From positions 14,546,844-14,610,843 of the forward strand of contig JASCQW010000133.1 of the NCBI GenBank assembly GCA_030264375.1: a stretch of DNA of 64,000 bases, written 5' to 3'. Both the position numbers and the translations under genes were made by a program. The notes below the pieces were generated by a model. It worked only from the letters and a program-made list of their open reading frames with translations. It had not been told where the DNA came from and searched no databases. Every line of letters begins with the position of its first letter. The first letter of the stretch is position 1. The DNA comes from Carcharhinus longimanus. Taxonomy: Eukaryota. Positions 10,871 through 21,875 of this stretch are shown here, piece by piece.

Positions 10871-11965
10871 GAACTTGTTTCAAATGGGGAAAAAATAATC
10901 TGAGTCCATGAAACCAGATATTTAGAGTCATGAGATGCATGGATAATGTTAGGTGGAGAATATAGACTCCATGTTATAGCAGTAGATATGTAGAACAGAC
11001 TGCTACTGATAGAAGCTGATGTGGTCAGTCAACTTCAGAAGGAACTGAATGAACAGATTTGAATGATGTAGGGTTAAATATGTATCATGATGATTAAATT
11101 TTCACCATGATGCCCTTGTTGCCGAAATAGACAAAGATTTATCTGTGGACAACTGCAGTTAGATTTGAATGATGTGGAATTTGATTATCTTTGGGCACTG
11201 AGTAGTGTTTCATGAGAACTTTACTCATGAAACAAACAGCTTGATTACAGGCCAAAGCAGAGTGATTTATATACATCCTCAGTGGAAGTGAGTGAGTTTG
11301 ATGGGTTGAATGTCATTCTGTGTTATGATTTTATCTAATCCGTTTGGGCTCAACTGGATTTGAGCTGCTTTGATACAAATAAAGGGCCCAGTGCCTGACA
11401 CGATCAAGATTTGAACAAAAAGACCTGTTCATAATTTTTGGCAGAAGACCATAGTTTCTTTTGTTTTTTGATCAGTAAGAAGTATATAGGTGCATATCAA
11501 TATGTCACAAAGAAACTAGAATTCAAAGTTCACAATTTGTTTCCAAAGTTAGTAATTGACTGCACATTTGACTTCACACTCTTTACCAGAATATTGATCA
11601 CACCTTTTATATGTACATACAAACAAGGACTAAGCCATTGAGCCCCTCGAGCCTCTCTGCCTTTTAATAAGATCATGGCTGATCTGATAGTAACCTCAAA
11701 TCACCATCCGACCTATCCTTGATAATCCATCATCCTCTTGCAGCGTTCCTTGGGGTAGTGTTATAGGTCCAACCATCTTCAGCTGCTTCGTCAATCAAGG
11801 TCAGAAGTAGGGATGTTTGCTATGATTGCACAATGTTCAGCACCATTCATGATTTCTCAGATATTGAAGCAGCCCTTGCCCAAAGTGGCAAGTAATATTC
11901 ACGCCATAAGTGTCAGACAATGTCTCCGACAAGAGAGAATCTGGCCATCTTCCCCTTGATACTTA

Positions 11966-12744
11966 ATGGCTGGAATGATCTGATGTTTCTTACTGATCTT
12001 CTGAAACATCTACTTTCAAATTGGCACTTCAGGGAAAGGGTAAGATTATTTCTGACCTTACTCAGACTGTGTTCAGCTTCCAGAAATCAATAAGATTTTT
12101 GCAAAGAGACTTTAATCAAGAAACTTTAACCACTTCCCTATCTCAAAAGGAAGGCAAACAAGTCTTTTGATATTGAAGTAAAAGATAACAAACTTGAAGA
12201 ATACAGTGATAATTTGCAAGGACTGTTTGATCATTTTTGAGCTAGGTTTGATAACTTGCAGAAGTTGAGATCCTAATTTGCCATTCTTGTAAGCCCACTT
12301 ACGGTTGATGATGTCAATGCTGGCCTTCCGATTCTTGAACCTCTGATTAAGGAATCATCTACTGTAGAAATGTAGCTGTTGGACTTCCAAGAGGATCAGA
12401 GTCTAGAGATGCTGCAAAAATCGCAATTGACTTCTGGAAACCAGTGACAGAAATAAAATATCCTCAACTCAAGAAAACTGTTTTTGGTACAACATGCTGC
12501 TATGAATTACTGTACCGCATCATGAAGTTTGTAAAGTCAAAACATCGTGCAGCTTCGACAACACTTGATGGGGCTCCTTTGAAAATCTGGCTGATATTTT
12601 GTCAAAGATTAGCCAGGATGGAGGCCTACAAAGACCTCTCCAAGCAATAATTAGCCTGTGTGAAGTTTGTCCCATATTGAAGCTCTCAAACATCTGAAGA
12701 CTGTTGTTTGTGGCTCTTAGTTTCAGTAAGCTTGGCCACCCCTG
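11966..12744 (+). mobile_element. hAT (Charlie/SPIN/GTF2IRD2-like) transposase C-terminal fossil with right TIR
   Basis: Frameshifted DLMFLTDLLKHL..LALQGKGKIISDLTQTVFSFQK and KYPQLKKTVFGTTCCYELLYRIMKFVKSKHR. Terminal TTGGCCACCCCTG at 12732-12744 is the reverse complement of CAGGGGTGGCCAA. Confidence 0.8.
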
Positions 12745-12747
12745 CTC

Positions 12748-13225
12748 TGATTTGATTTATTATTCTCACATGTATTGGGATACATGTGAAAAGCATTGTT
12801 TCTTGTGTGCTATACAGACAAAACATATTGTTCATAGAGTACATAGGGGAGAAGGAAAGGAGAGGGTGTAGAATATAGTGTTGTAGCTACAGTTAGGGTG
12901 AAGAGGAATAACAGCTCAGTATTACTGATTTCTGGAAGCTGAACCATCTGAGTAAGGGCCATTCAAATATTTGATGGCAGCAGGAAGAAGCTTTTCTTCT
13001 TCCTGCGGTTGGTACGTGTTTTCAGACTTTTGTAGTTTTTCCCAACTGAAGAAGGTGGAAGAGAGAAGGTCCAGGGTGCCTGGGGTCCTTGATTGTGCTG
13101 GTTGCTTTCCCAAGGCAATGTGAAATTCGGATGGAGTAGATGGGAGGCTGGTTTGCGTGTTGGATGGGGCTATGTTCGCAACCCTTTGTAGTTTCTTGCA
13201 GTTTTAGTCATTGCAGGAGCCATAC
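12748..13225 (-). mobile_element. Rex1/Babar-like LINE 3' fragment
   Basis: Same 3' UTR and LLPAAIKYLNG motif as the other copies, with a TGATTTGATT tail. Confidence 0.75.
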
Positions 13226-13229
13226 CTAG

Positions 13230-15080
13230 TACATTCATCTGCTATCTGTGGCTAACTAAGGAAGTTGAACAGAATATCAAATTGAAAGAAAAAGCGGACA
13301 GTTCTGTGAAAATTAATGGTAGGTCAGAAGATCGGACAGAATTTAAAATCCAGCAACAAATGACTAATAAAATAATAAGGGAAAAATTAGAGAACAGAGA
13401 ATGTAAGAGAAAGCTAGCTAGAAATATAAAAACAAGAATTTCAACAAATATTTGAATAGAAAAGAATAAAGTGAATGTTGATCTTCTAGAGAGTGAGTCT
13501 GTGGAACTAACAAGGGGAAATGAGGAAATGATGGAACTGATGAACGGATATTTTGTGTCCACCTTCATTATAGAAAGGCCCACAACATCTCTAAAACACT
13601 TATAATCTGAGAGGCGAAAGGGAGGGAGGAACTTAAGCACATACGATCACCATGGAAAAGGATACTGTGAAAATTACTGTAACCGAAGACTGATAAGTTC
13701 CCAAGAACCTGATGACCTGCATCCTAGGATCTTGAAAGAAGTGGATTAATAGTTGCATTGTTTTAATATTCTAAAATTCCTTTGATATGTCCCAACAGAT
13801 TGCAAATGTAACTCCTCTATTGAGAAAAGGAAGGAGACAGAAAGCAGGTTAGCCTAACATCTGTCATAGGGAAAATACAAGAATCTATTCTTAAGAAGGT
13901 TATAAGAGGACACTTGCAGTGCAATTAGGCAGAGTCAATGAGGTTTTGTGAAAGGAAAATCATGTTTGGCTAATTTATTGGAGTTCTTTGAGGAAGTGAC
14001 AAGCAATGGATAAAGGGGAACTTGAGGTGTATTGGATTTTCAAAAGACCTTTTTAATAAAGCAAGTGTTACTACACAGAGTAAGAACTTATGGTGAAACC
14101 ATGCGACGGCACTGTGCACTATGGTTAGCACTGCTGCATCACATTTGCCAGGGACTTTGGTTCAATTCTAATCTTGAGTGACTGTTTTTGTGGAGTTGGC
14201 ACACCGTGGCTGTGTGGGTTTCCTCCCACAGTCCAAAGATGTGTAGATTAGATGGATTAGCCATGGGAAATGTGTGATACACATGTGATACAATTGAGAT
14301 ACACTATAAAAGAGAGTCAGTGCAGACTCAATGGGCTGAATGACTTCCTTCTGCACTGTAGGGCTATGATTCAGACGTGGAGAGGATTGCTTAGCTAACG
14401 AGCAAAGAGTAGGGATGAGCGGGTTATTTTCGGGTTGGCAAGCTGTAACTAGCAGAGTATCACAGGGATCAATGCTTGGGTTTCAACTATTTATTTTCTT
14501 TTTCAATTACTTAGGTGAAGGGACCAAATGCATGGTTTACTAAATTTGCAGATGAAGCAAAGATAAGTAAGAGAGTAAACGGTGAGGATGGCATAGCCAA
14601 TCTAAATCTCTCTGTAAATTTCTTAGGTCAATGGGCAAAAAAATTGGCAGATGGATTAAAATGTGGGAAAATGTGATCTTGTTCACTGGGACAGGAAGAG
14701 TAGAAAAGCAGCATATTATTTAAATGGAGAAAGATTGCAAAGTGCCTCTGACACTTGCTGCAGATGCGTTGGCCCTAGATCACACTCGTGTTCAGAATTG
14801 TCCACGTTCCACAGTTACATCACATCACTTGCCATGCCACATTTATTATGTTTTTGTTAATTTATCGAGGGATCTGGGTGCCCTGCTCCATGAATCACAC
14901 ATCTCAGATGCAGGTTTAGCAAATAATTATGAAGGCAGATGGAATGTTGAAGATCAAAGGTTATGGGGCTATGCAGGAATGTGGAATTCAGGTTTCAGTC
15001 AGGACAGACATGAGTATCTTGAATGGCGGAGCAGGCTCAAGGGGCTGCTACTCCTGCTCCTAATTTGTATGTTTGTATGA
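13230..15080 (+). mobile_element. Degraded CR1 ORF2 (RT) with inserted SINE (14105-14372) and an inserted 117-bp segment (14748-14864)
   Basis: GPDDLHPRILKEV-like, KSCLANLLEFFEEVT and KFADEAK motifs, with the CR1 tail GAATGGCGGAGCAGGCTCAAGGGGCTG...CTCCTGCTCCTAAT. Confidence 0.8.
14105..14372 (+). mobile_element. HE1-type SINE
   Basis: GGTTAGCACTGCTG head, GTGGGTTTCCTCCCACAGTCCAAAGATGTG core and GCAGACTCAATGGGCTGAATG tail. Confidence 0.8.
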
Positions 15081-15099
15081 TTTGGTTGTTGCCAAATCC

Positions 15100-15810
15100 A
15101 ATGAATTATAGAAAATTACAGCCAATACGACCTTCAGAGCTCTTGGTCGCAGCTACAGGGAACATTATCTATCCCCCCCTGACTATGCTATCACCTATCA
15201 CTACCACATTCCTGTTCGCTCCCTGCCACTTGAATGGCATCCTTCACTGTGGTACCGTGGCCAGTTTGCTCATCCACCTTGCAGTCCCTTTCCTCATCCA
15301 CACATGCAGCAAGCATCTTGTACTTGTTGCACAATGTCAGGGGCTGAGGCCGCTCCTCATTACCTGTTGGATCCCCTAATCAGTCTTACTCAGTGTCACA
15401 TCATCTGTCCCTGACTAACTCTAAAGCTCTCTAGCTTAAGGGGTGTGACTGCATCCTGGTACAAAGTGTCCAGGTTACTTTATTCCTCCTCGATGCATCG
15501 CAGTGCCTGCACCTTCACCTTCAGCTGAATGACTCTGAACTGAAGTTCCTTAAGTCACTGACTTTTGCTGCAAATGTGTCCAGAATTGTCCACATTCCAC
15601 AGTTACATCACATCATCTGCCGTGCTACATTTATTATGTTTTCATTAATTTAGTACTTAGTTAATAAACCCTATTACTCCTAATAAACTTAACTACTGTT
15701 ACTTCAAAACCTACAATTAATAAAACATTACAGTTGTACCAGTTTTTAAAAATGAAGACGCAAAATACGCACCAACCAGTCACTTAGCTGATTCCCTGTG
15801 ATGGCAAACA
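15100..15810 (-). mobile_element. CR1 5' region / ORF1 remnant
   Basis: Minus-strand zinc-finger and coiled-coil ORF1-like sequence (C..CNM...W...H.CSK.Q.L.ELQ...LQ.VVTP) and a 5' end with TCACAGGGAATCAGCTAAGTGACTGG. Confidence 0.55.
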
Positions 15811-17694
15811 TGATTTTTCTTTGTGTGCATACAATTTGAGACCGATTCTCAACAGTAGCATTGGGTCCACTCTGTGTCCACAAACTGAGCCCCACCAGCA
15901 ACGTCCATAGACTTGAGGTTCAGCAGCAGCACCAGGTCCATCCCTCTTTCATCTTTTATGCTGTGGTTCCACTCTCTCTTCATTCCCACACCCCCAACAC
16001 ACTGAAATGTTACATGCTTTTCTCTCTCTACATATACTGCCTGACCTAATGAATATTTTAATTAAGCATTTTCTGTTTTTATATCCAATTTCAAGCATCT
16101 GTGGACTTTTGCTTTTGTCGTGGAGGGAACATAAAAGCTTATTTTTTTTAACCAAGAGGGAGATTCGTACACTAATAGTGTGAGGTTCTCTGTAAAATCG
16201 ATTAATTCACCTTGAATTGAATAAGACAGTTTAGTTACTGATGCATTTCATTACAAAAGCTGCTCCAGTTTTTTGATAAGGAAGTCAAGTTGTGGTCATG
16301 TTTTTCTGAGCTGTAACTGGAGTAAAATATATTCTCGGTAAACTGACTTGTCGAGTCAGAGAAAAGGGGATTTATAAATGTACATAATGTGATTGTCGCA
16401 TCTGTTGTTGTACCAGTGAAATAGGACAGGCTGCAGGTGGGTGGGAGGCTACTGCAGCCAAATCCATTTCTCCTTAAGCCCATGTATTTTACTTGCCCAT
16501 GAGAGTGCTTGGAAGCTGCAACTGGGATTAGAATACTGAGGGACTTTGCTTTCCCCAAACATGGTGCATAAGTGACTGATCATGGTACTTGTTTCAAGAT
16601 CACAACCATTATTTCCAAATCCTAAGTGTTGCATCCATTAAAATATGTTTAGAAATAAATATCAATTTGTTGTATTTGGTTCTTGCAGCAAGAACTTGAT
16701 AACTGAAGCAGAGATGAGACTCATCCTGTGATGCTGTCATTTAGACTTCACAGAATTTATTTATACCTTACTTGAATAAAACTCGATCAAAATTAGTTAG
16801 ACCCCTCTCTTTTCAAAACGAATGGTGTATTTTGAATGTACACTTTAAATGCAGTAGCCAGTCTGCACAAATGGGAGTTATCATTGCTAAAACAAAGGTA
16901 ATATATCAGTAAAGTTTCTGGCAAGAAAAGTGAGAGTATCTGTCTACTGGGTTTCTATTTTCATTATAATTACTTGTGAAAATTAATATATGGAATGCCC
17001 AAACATTTGGAAAACATGAATCATGGTAATAGCTAAAGCTGTTAATGAGTCCTTTAATCATCTGTAGTATTTAAGAAAGGTTTTTAATTAAAATTGTCAT
17101 TTATTCATACTGCCATTTTTATAATCTGTTGTATAAGTAACAGATGCAAAAAATTCTACATTCTGTCCAGACAATTTGTTGACTTGTTAGCACAGTGGTG
17201 GTGTCCCATAGAATCACTTAATTTTCTTGTTAGATTTCATGATTTTTCCACGTGTATGCAACATGTATGAATTTCATTGTGTAAAACAGAAGTGCTAAAT
17301 TGAACATAATATTTATTACAATTTAGCTTTGTGATGTATTGCAGTAATTATGAATTGTGAAATTAAATGTTGCTACCCCAATTCCACACACGATTAGTTG
17401 AAGTGTGATGGTGGACATGTGTGAAGATCTGATGTTTACTTGATCTTCCAATGGTACAATTATAGATTCTGGTTAAGTTGAAAGATTACACTAGATAACA
17501 CTGGGCCGAAGTATTGGTAGTGACTGCAATAAGCACATGGAATTCTGACATCAGATTATTAAAGTGTCGACCTTGGTTCAACACTTTGGCTATGGGTCAG
17601 GAGGTTTTAGGTTCAACATCCACTTCAATATTTGAATACATCATTTTACTTCACATTCCGGGGCAGTACTGAAGGATAGAATTATATAAAATTC

Positions 17695-17950
17695 CGTTCA
17701 ATTCTGGCCTTGGGTGACTGTCTGTGTTGGGTTTTCACGTTCTCCCTGTGTCTGCGTGGGTTTCCTCCCACACTCAGAAGATGTGCGGGTTAGGTTGACT
17801 GGCCATACTAAATTGATCCTAGTGTCAGGGGGATTAGCAGGGTAAATATGTGGAGTTACAGGAATAGGGCCTGGGCGAGATTGTGGTCAGTGCAGACTCG
17901 ATGGGCTGAATAGTCTCCTTCTGCACTGTAGGATTCTATTCTATGATTCT
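17695..17950 (+). mobile_element. HE1-type SINE (5'-truncated), left arm of an inverted pair
   Basis: GTTCAATTC B box, GTTCTCCCTGTGTCTGCGTGGGTTTCC core and (ATTCTATG)n tail. Confidence 0.85.
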
Positions 17951-18265
17951 ATGCGGAAGAAGCTTTTCGGCCCATTGAATTTGCACCGACTCTCTGACAG
18001 AGTAACTTACCCAAGGCCTTTCTCTCACCATATTCCCATAACCCCACACATTTCCCATGGTTAGTCCATCTAACCTACACATCTTGGGACAATAAGGAGC
18101 GATGTAGCCTGGCCAGTCCACCTAACCTGCACGTCTTTGGACTGTGGGAAGAAACCCACGTAGACACAGGGAGAATGTAAAAACACAAGACAGTCACCGA
18201 AGGCTGAATTGAACTCGGGTCACTGGAGCTGTGAGGCAGCAGTGCTAAACACTGTATCACCATGC
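17951..18265 (-). mobile_element. HE1-type SINE, right arm of an inverted pair
   Basis: Reverse-complement head GCTGTGAGGCAGCAGTGCTAAACACTG at about 18228-18255 and tail at about 17951-17990. Confidence 0.85.
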
Positions 18266-18306
18266 CTTCTGGTCAGAGCTGCTTTAGTTTAGATAAAAAC
18301 TAAACT

Positions 18307-18468
18307 GATAGGATCTTCCAGTCCCACCAAAGTCGGCCCTCCCAGTGGTGGGGCAGGTGAGCCATGCAAAAGCCAGGGATCAGAATATCCCACTGGCAGC
18401 CGAAGACTAGCCGCATCCATCGTGGGGAAACCTGCCGTAGGGTTGGGGGGTGGCTGGAAAACCTTGCC
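18307..18468. mobile_element. Short Harbinger-type MITE
   Basis: Imperfect terminal inverted repeats (GATAGGATCTTCCAGTCCC ... GGTGGCTGGAAAACCTTGCC) around a GC-rich body. Confidence 0.5.
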
Positions 18469-18499
18469 GTGAGATCCTTTCTTCCCATCCAGGAGGCTG

Positions 18500-18740
18500 T
18501 GAAAGGTATTCAGGGCTGAGTAGAAGAGTTCTCCCAATATTCTGGCTAACATTTATCCGTCAAACAACATCACTAAAAATGTTGAATTGATCATTTCTCT
18601 CACGGTCACTTGTGGGACTTTGCTGTGCACAAATTGACTGCTATATTTTTCTTCATCATATTAGCGACTACACTTAAATGATTTCATTAGCTGTGAAGTG
18701 TTGTGCAACTCCCTGAGGTTGTGAAGACACTAACTTCGGA
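18500..18740 (+). mobile_element. Ancient DeuSINE/SacSINE-like fragment; its head is probably at 17560-17690, split by younger insertions
   Basis: Deu-domain-like TGTGGGACTTTGCTGTGCACAAATTGACTGC and the L2-like tail CTGAGGTTGTGAAGAC. Related antisense pieces lie at 20815-20950 and 54170-54520. Confidence 0.55.
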
Positions 18741-18905
18741 TCCTTTCATTTAAGCTCTTGCATTCAAGTGCAATTTTTATTGTATCAAATGCTAAATAAG
18801 TACTTAGTTATTTTAGCAAAAGTTACTGATGATGAGTGCAATATTAATACTAGGATTTTGTTTTGTATTAACTAAACAATTTTTCCTATTCTTCACTGCA
18901 TTCAG

Positions 18906-19062
18906 GAGGAAAGAACAGTACTGGACCGAAACTTGTTGCAGCTTCGAGGTTCTGAGCGACGAATTGTGTGGAAAGTGCGTTTCAACCTTGGGAACAGCAG
19001 CAGGCCGTATACACAGTGTCGAAACTCTATCCAGGGTAAACTACTAATTACAGATGAACTGG
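18906..19062 (+). CDS. SPRING1: SPRING1 coding exon 2
   Basis: Acceptor TTCAG| and donor G|GTGAGG. 157 nt encoding [52 protein letters not shown](G). Confidence 0.97.
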
Positions 19063-19142
19063 GTGAGGAAATGTGACATTACCTAATTTCCATCCATGAT
19101 GCACTTTCACTTTCTAATCTTTTAAATTCACTACGCTGTTTA

Positions 19143-19470
19143 TAGAATCATACAGTGCAGAACAGGCCCTTTGGCCCATCGAGTCTGCACCAAAGTGCAA
19201 GAACTCCCAACTAGTCTTGAATGTTATGACATACCAAGTGCTTATCCAGATACTTTTTAAAGGATGTGAGGCAACCTACCACTCTCACAGGCAGTGCATT
19301 CCACACTGTCATCATCTTCCAAGGAAAAATGTTTTTCCTCATGTCTCCCCTAAACCTCCTGTCCCTCACCTTGAATCCATGCTCCATTGTGACTGACTCA
19401 TCAACTAAGGAGAACAGTTGCTCCATATCCATCTCTCTATGCCCATATTTAATCTTGTATAACATTAGTC
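19143..19470 (-). mobile_element. CR1 3' fragment in SPRING1 intron 2
   Basis: Minus-strand HGFKVRDRRFRGDMRKNIF..VWNALPVRVV..FKKYLDKHL and a CR1 tail. Confidence 0.85.
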
Positions 19471-19595
19471 TTGTGTTTTTAAAATAAAAGTTGATAATCT
19501 CCTGAGTAAAATATATTCTTTGGAACAAGCTGTAAATTCTTAAAATTTGCTGTGAGATCTGATATTGTTTGTCTTTCTCCTCCCTTTTACTGCAG

Positions 19596-19747
19596 GCTAT
19601 GTGTGTGAGAGGAAAGACTTGCTCGTGAATGGCTGCTGCAGTGTAAACACACCTAGCACAAAATTGTATGCATGTGATACCTGTTTGTCCAATGACTGCT
19701 GCACTGTGTATGAGTACTGTGTCTCCTGTTGCCTACAGCCGAATAAG
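19596..19747 (+). CDS. SPRING1: SPRING1 coding exon 3 (cysteine-rich domain)
   Basis: Polypyrimidine tract with TGCAG| and donor AAG|GTGAGG. 152 nt encoding [51 protein letters not shown]. Confidence 0.98.
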
Positions 19748-20141
19748 GTGAGGAAATGCAAGCCTCTTTAATTATACAAACATCTGGCATTTTGATGGAT
19801 TGAGAGTGCCAAGTTTAGGTGTGGATTACAAAAGTCCAATTGCTAATACAGTTTGATCTTTGTGTAGCAATTCAAAATGTGAGTAAACCTTCCAATATGT
19901 CAACATTCAGAATGAATAATACAACTACTTCAACTTCAAGAGTTAGATGAAGAAAGGTGTGGACTTTTGGACTGAAAGGCCTGTGACTGTGGTTTTTGCT
20001 ATGTATGCAATAGTTTAAAAATGCTCTTAGGCTATCCAGCCTGATCAAAATGTTACTTGGTTTACAACAGTGATCAAACATGAGACATTAGAAATACTGC
20101 AACCAACTAAATAGTTAATACAGTAAGAGATGAATATTTTG

Positions 20142-20658
20142 ATCTACCTTTTGGCTAAGATCAAATGACAGGGTGAAACCATGATCAGGCAGTGGACGAG
20201 GCTAGCACATTGCACTTGAGGTGTGCTGATGCCTGCAATCGTGGTTTCCCAAAGCGAGGGTAGAGTAAAGGATCAGGGTAGCCAGTGAAGTAAAACTGAG
20301 GCTTTTGGCTAAGGTGAAGTGTTAGATCAAGCCCAGGAGGGGATGCAATGCTTCATCCTGTCAGCTTGGATCTTGTTCTTATGAGCCCAAGATGGGATGC
20401 AATGTCTTGTCAGCTTGGATCTTGTTTGTCTCTCATGTGGGGACCTTGAGTGGACCTAATTTGAACTGGCTTTTTTGATTTGAAATAATGAAAGGTACCA
20501 AAAAAAAAGTTTTGCTCAAGCTTTTGGCTAAGATGAAGTGTTGGTTCGAGCTTGGATCTTGAATGTCTCTCTTGTGAAGACCTTGAATTGGATTCAGTTT
20601 GAATTTGGTTTTTGGCGCAAGCAAGGAGATGGATTTGGGCTTATCTAGTCCACTCTGC
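20142..20658 (+). mobile_element. U2/U1 snRNA-derived mosaic (candidate snRNA-headed SINE or chimeric retro-pseudogene)
   Basis: U2 5' segment CTTTTGGCTAAG(A/G)T(C/G)AA(G/A)TG at 20147, 20302 and 20521. U1-like ACCATGATCA..GTGG..CGAGGCT..CATTGCACT..TGTGCTGA..CCTGC at 20167-20260. U2-like ATCTTGTTCTTAT at 20370. U2 Sm-site/stem III-like TTTTTGG..AGCAAGGAGATGGA..GGCTT..GTCCACTC at 20607-20655. Confidence 0.75.
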
Positions 20659-20998
20659 AGGGGAAACAAAAATTGCTTATTTAAGAGATTAATATTGCTT
20701 TGTAGCAATAAGCCTGAAGAACACTCCTGTGAAGTAACACATCAATCAGAGATTTGTTATGAATTATAATACCATACAGATAATTTTATCTTGAGAAATT
20801 AACTTTGAAGCAGAAAGAGTGCCTTTTGTGTTCCAAAGTGTTTTATAATCAAATACTTTTGAAGTGTAGTCACTGTGTGATGTGTGAAACGTGGCAGCCC
20901 ATTTGCACTGAGCAAGGTCCCACAAAAGGCAATGGGGTGAAGAATGAAATTGTCTTAACTTTGGATCATACTTAAAACCTGTGGTTTCTGGTTCTCAG

Positions 20999-21112
20999 CA
21001 ACCTCTATTGGAACGTTTCCTGAACAGGGCTGCAGAAGCCTTCCAGAATCTGTTTACAGCAATTGAAGATCATTTTGAGCTCTGCCTGGCAAAGTGTAGA
21101 ACGTCATCTCAG
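20999..21112 (+). CDS. SPRING1: SPRING1 coding exon 4
   Basis: Acceptor CTCAG| and donor CAG|GTTCGT. 114 nt encoding [38 protein letters not shown]. Confidence 0.97.
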
Positions 21113-21791
21113 GTTCGTAATGAAATAATTTCAAATAAGTGCAAAATTAGTTAGAATAAAACACAATAAAAATCAATGACCTGCATCATTCAATTTCATC
21201 ACATTTGCAATCGTTTGAACAATATCCTTTTTGCAACCGCATCTGAGACTGGTAACAATTTACTTCATATTGGATGCATGGAGAGCAAGCTATACTTTGG
21301 TAGTTGCACAATTATGTCATGAACTAATTCTTACTGAGGCTGTGTTCAATTTTAAAAACTCAGCATGATCAAAATATGCCAGAACCCTCTTATGCCAGGT
21401 GCTCTCTAATTTTTTAAAATGCCCATTTGTATAGATTATATTCCGTAGAAAGATGCATATCCTGGAAGTGAATTATGGACTACGTTGACCACTTGTTACT
21501 ATTTAATACACCAAATAAATACATGTCCAAAGTCAACCATGTCAGTAGCTGAATATCAATATGCCTAATGTGAACGTATAAGCTCTGCATTCGCATTTTA
21601 CTTTGAGCTGATTCTTACAACCTGTTCATAGCTTCACTGGTTGGAGGAATGTAGTACAACGCTGCTATAGTCTCCAAGGACTATTGTTTGAAAACATTAT
21701 TACTCAAGTCGGCATCTTGACGGTACCTTGTTCCAGGCTTTCTTCCTTGAGTAAATTTTCCTAAATTAATATTGATTCCTTCCACCTGTAG

Positions 21792-21875
21792 AGTGTTCAA
21801 CATGAAAATAACTACAGAGACCCTGCTGCAAAGTACTGCTATGGAGAAGATCTGCCAGAGCTACTTCCACTTTAA
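21792..21875 (+). CDS. SPRING1: SPRING1 coding exon 5 (to stop codon)
   Basis: Acceptor CTGTAG| then SVQHENNYRDPAAKYCYGEDLPELLPL*, with TAA at 21873-21875. The spliced CDS totals 205 aa. Confidence 0.97.
   Translation, partial: SVQHENNYRDPAAKYCYGEDLPELLPL

Noticed and set aside
11966-12650. GTF2IRD2/EPM2AIP1-like host gene exon
   Set aside because: Multiple stops and frameshifts with an adjacent TIR indicate a dead hAT transposon.
18829-19047. 72-aa ORF overlapping exon 2
   Set aside because: Wrong frame. The SPRING1 frame starts at the acceptor at 18906.
20142-20658. Functional U1 or U2 snRNA gene
   Set aside because: The sequence is fragmented and duplicated, lacks the U1 5' guide and an intact U2 branch-site GUAGUA, and shows no recognisable PSE or 3' box. 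Reported as a derived element instead.
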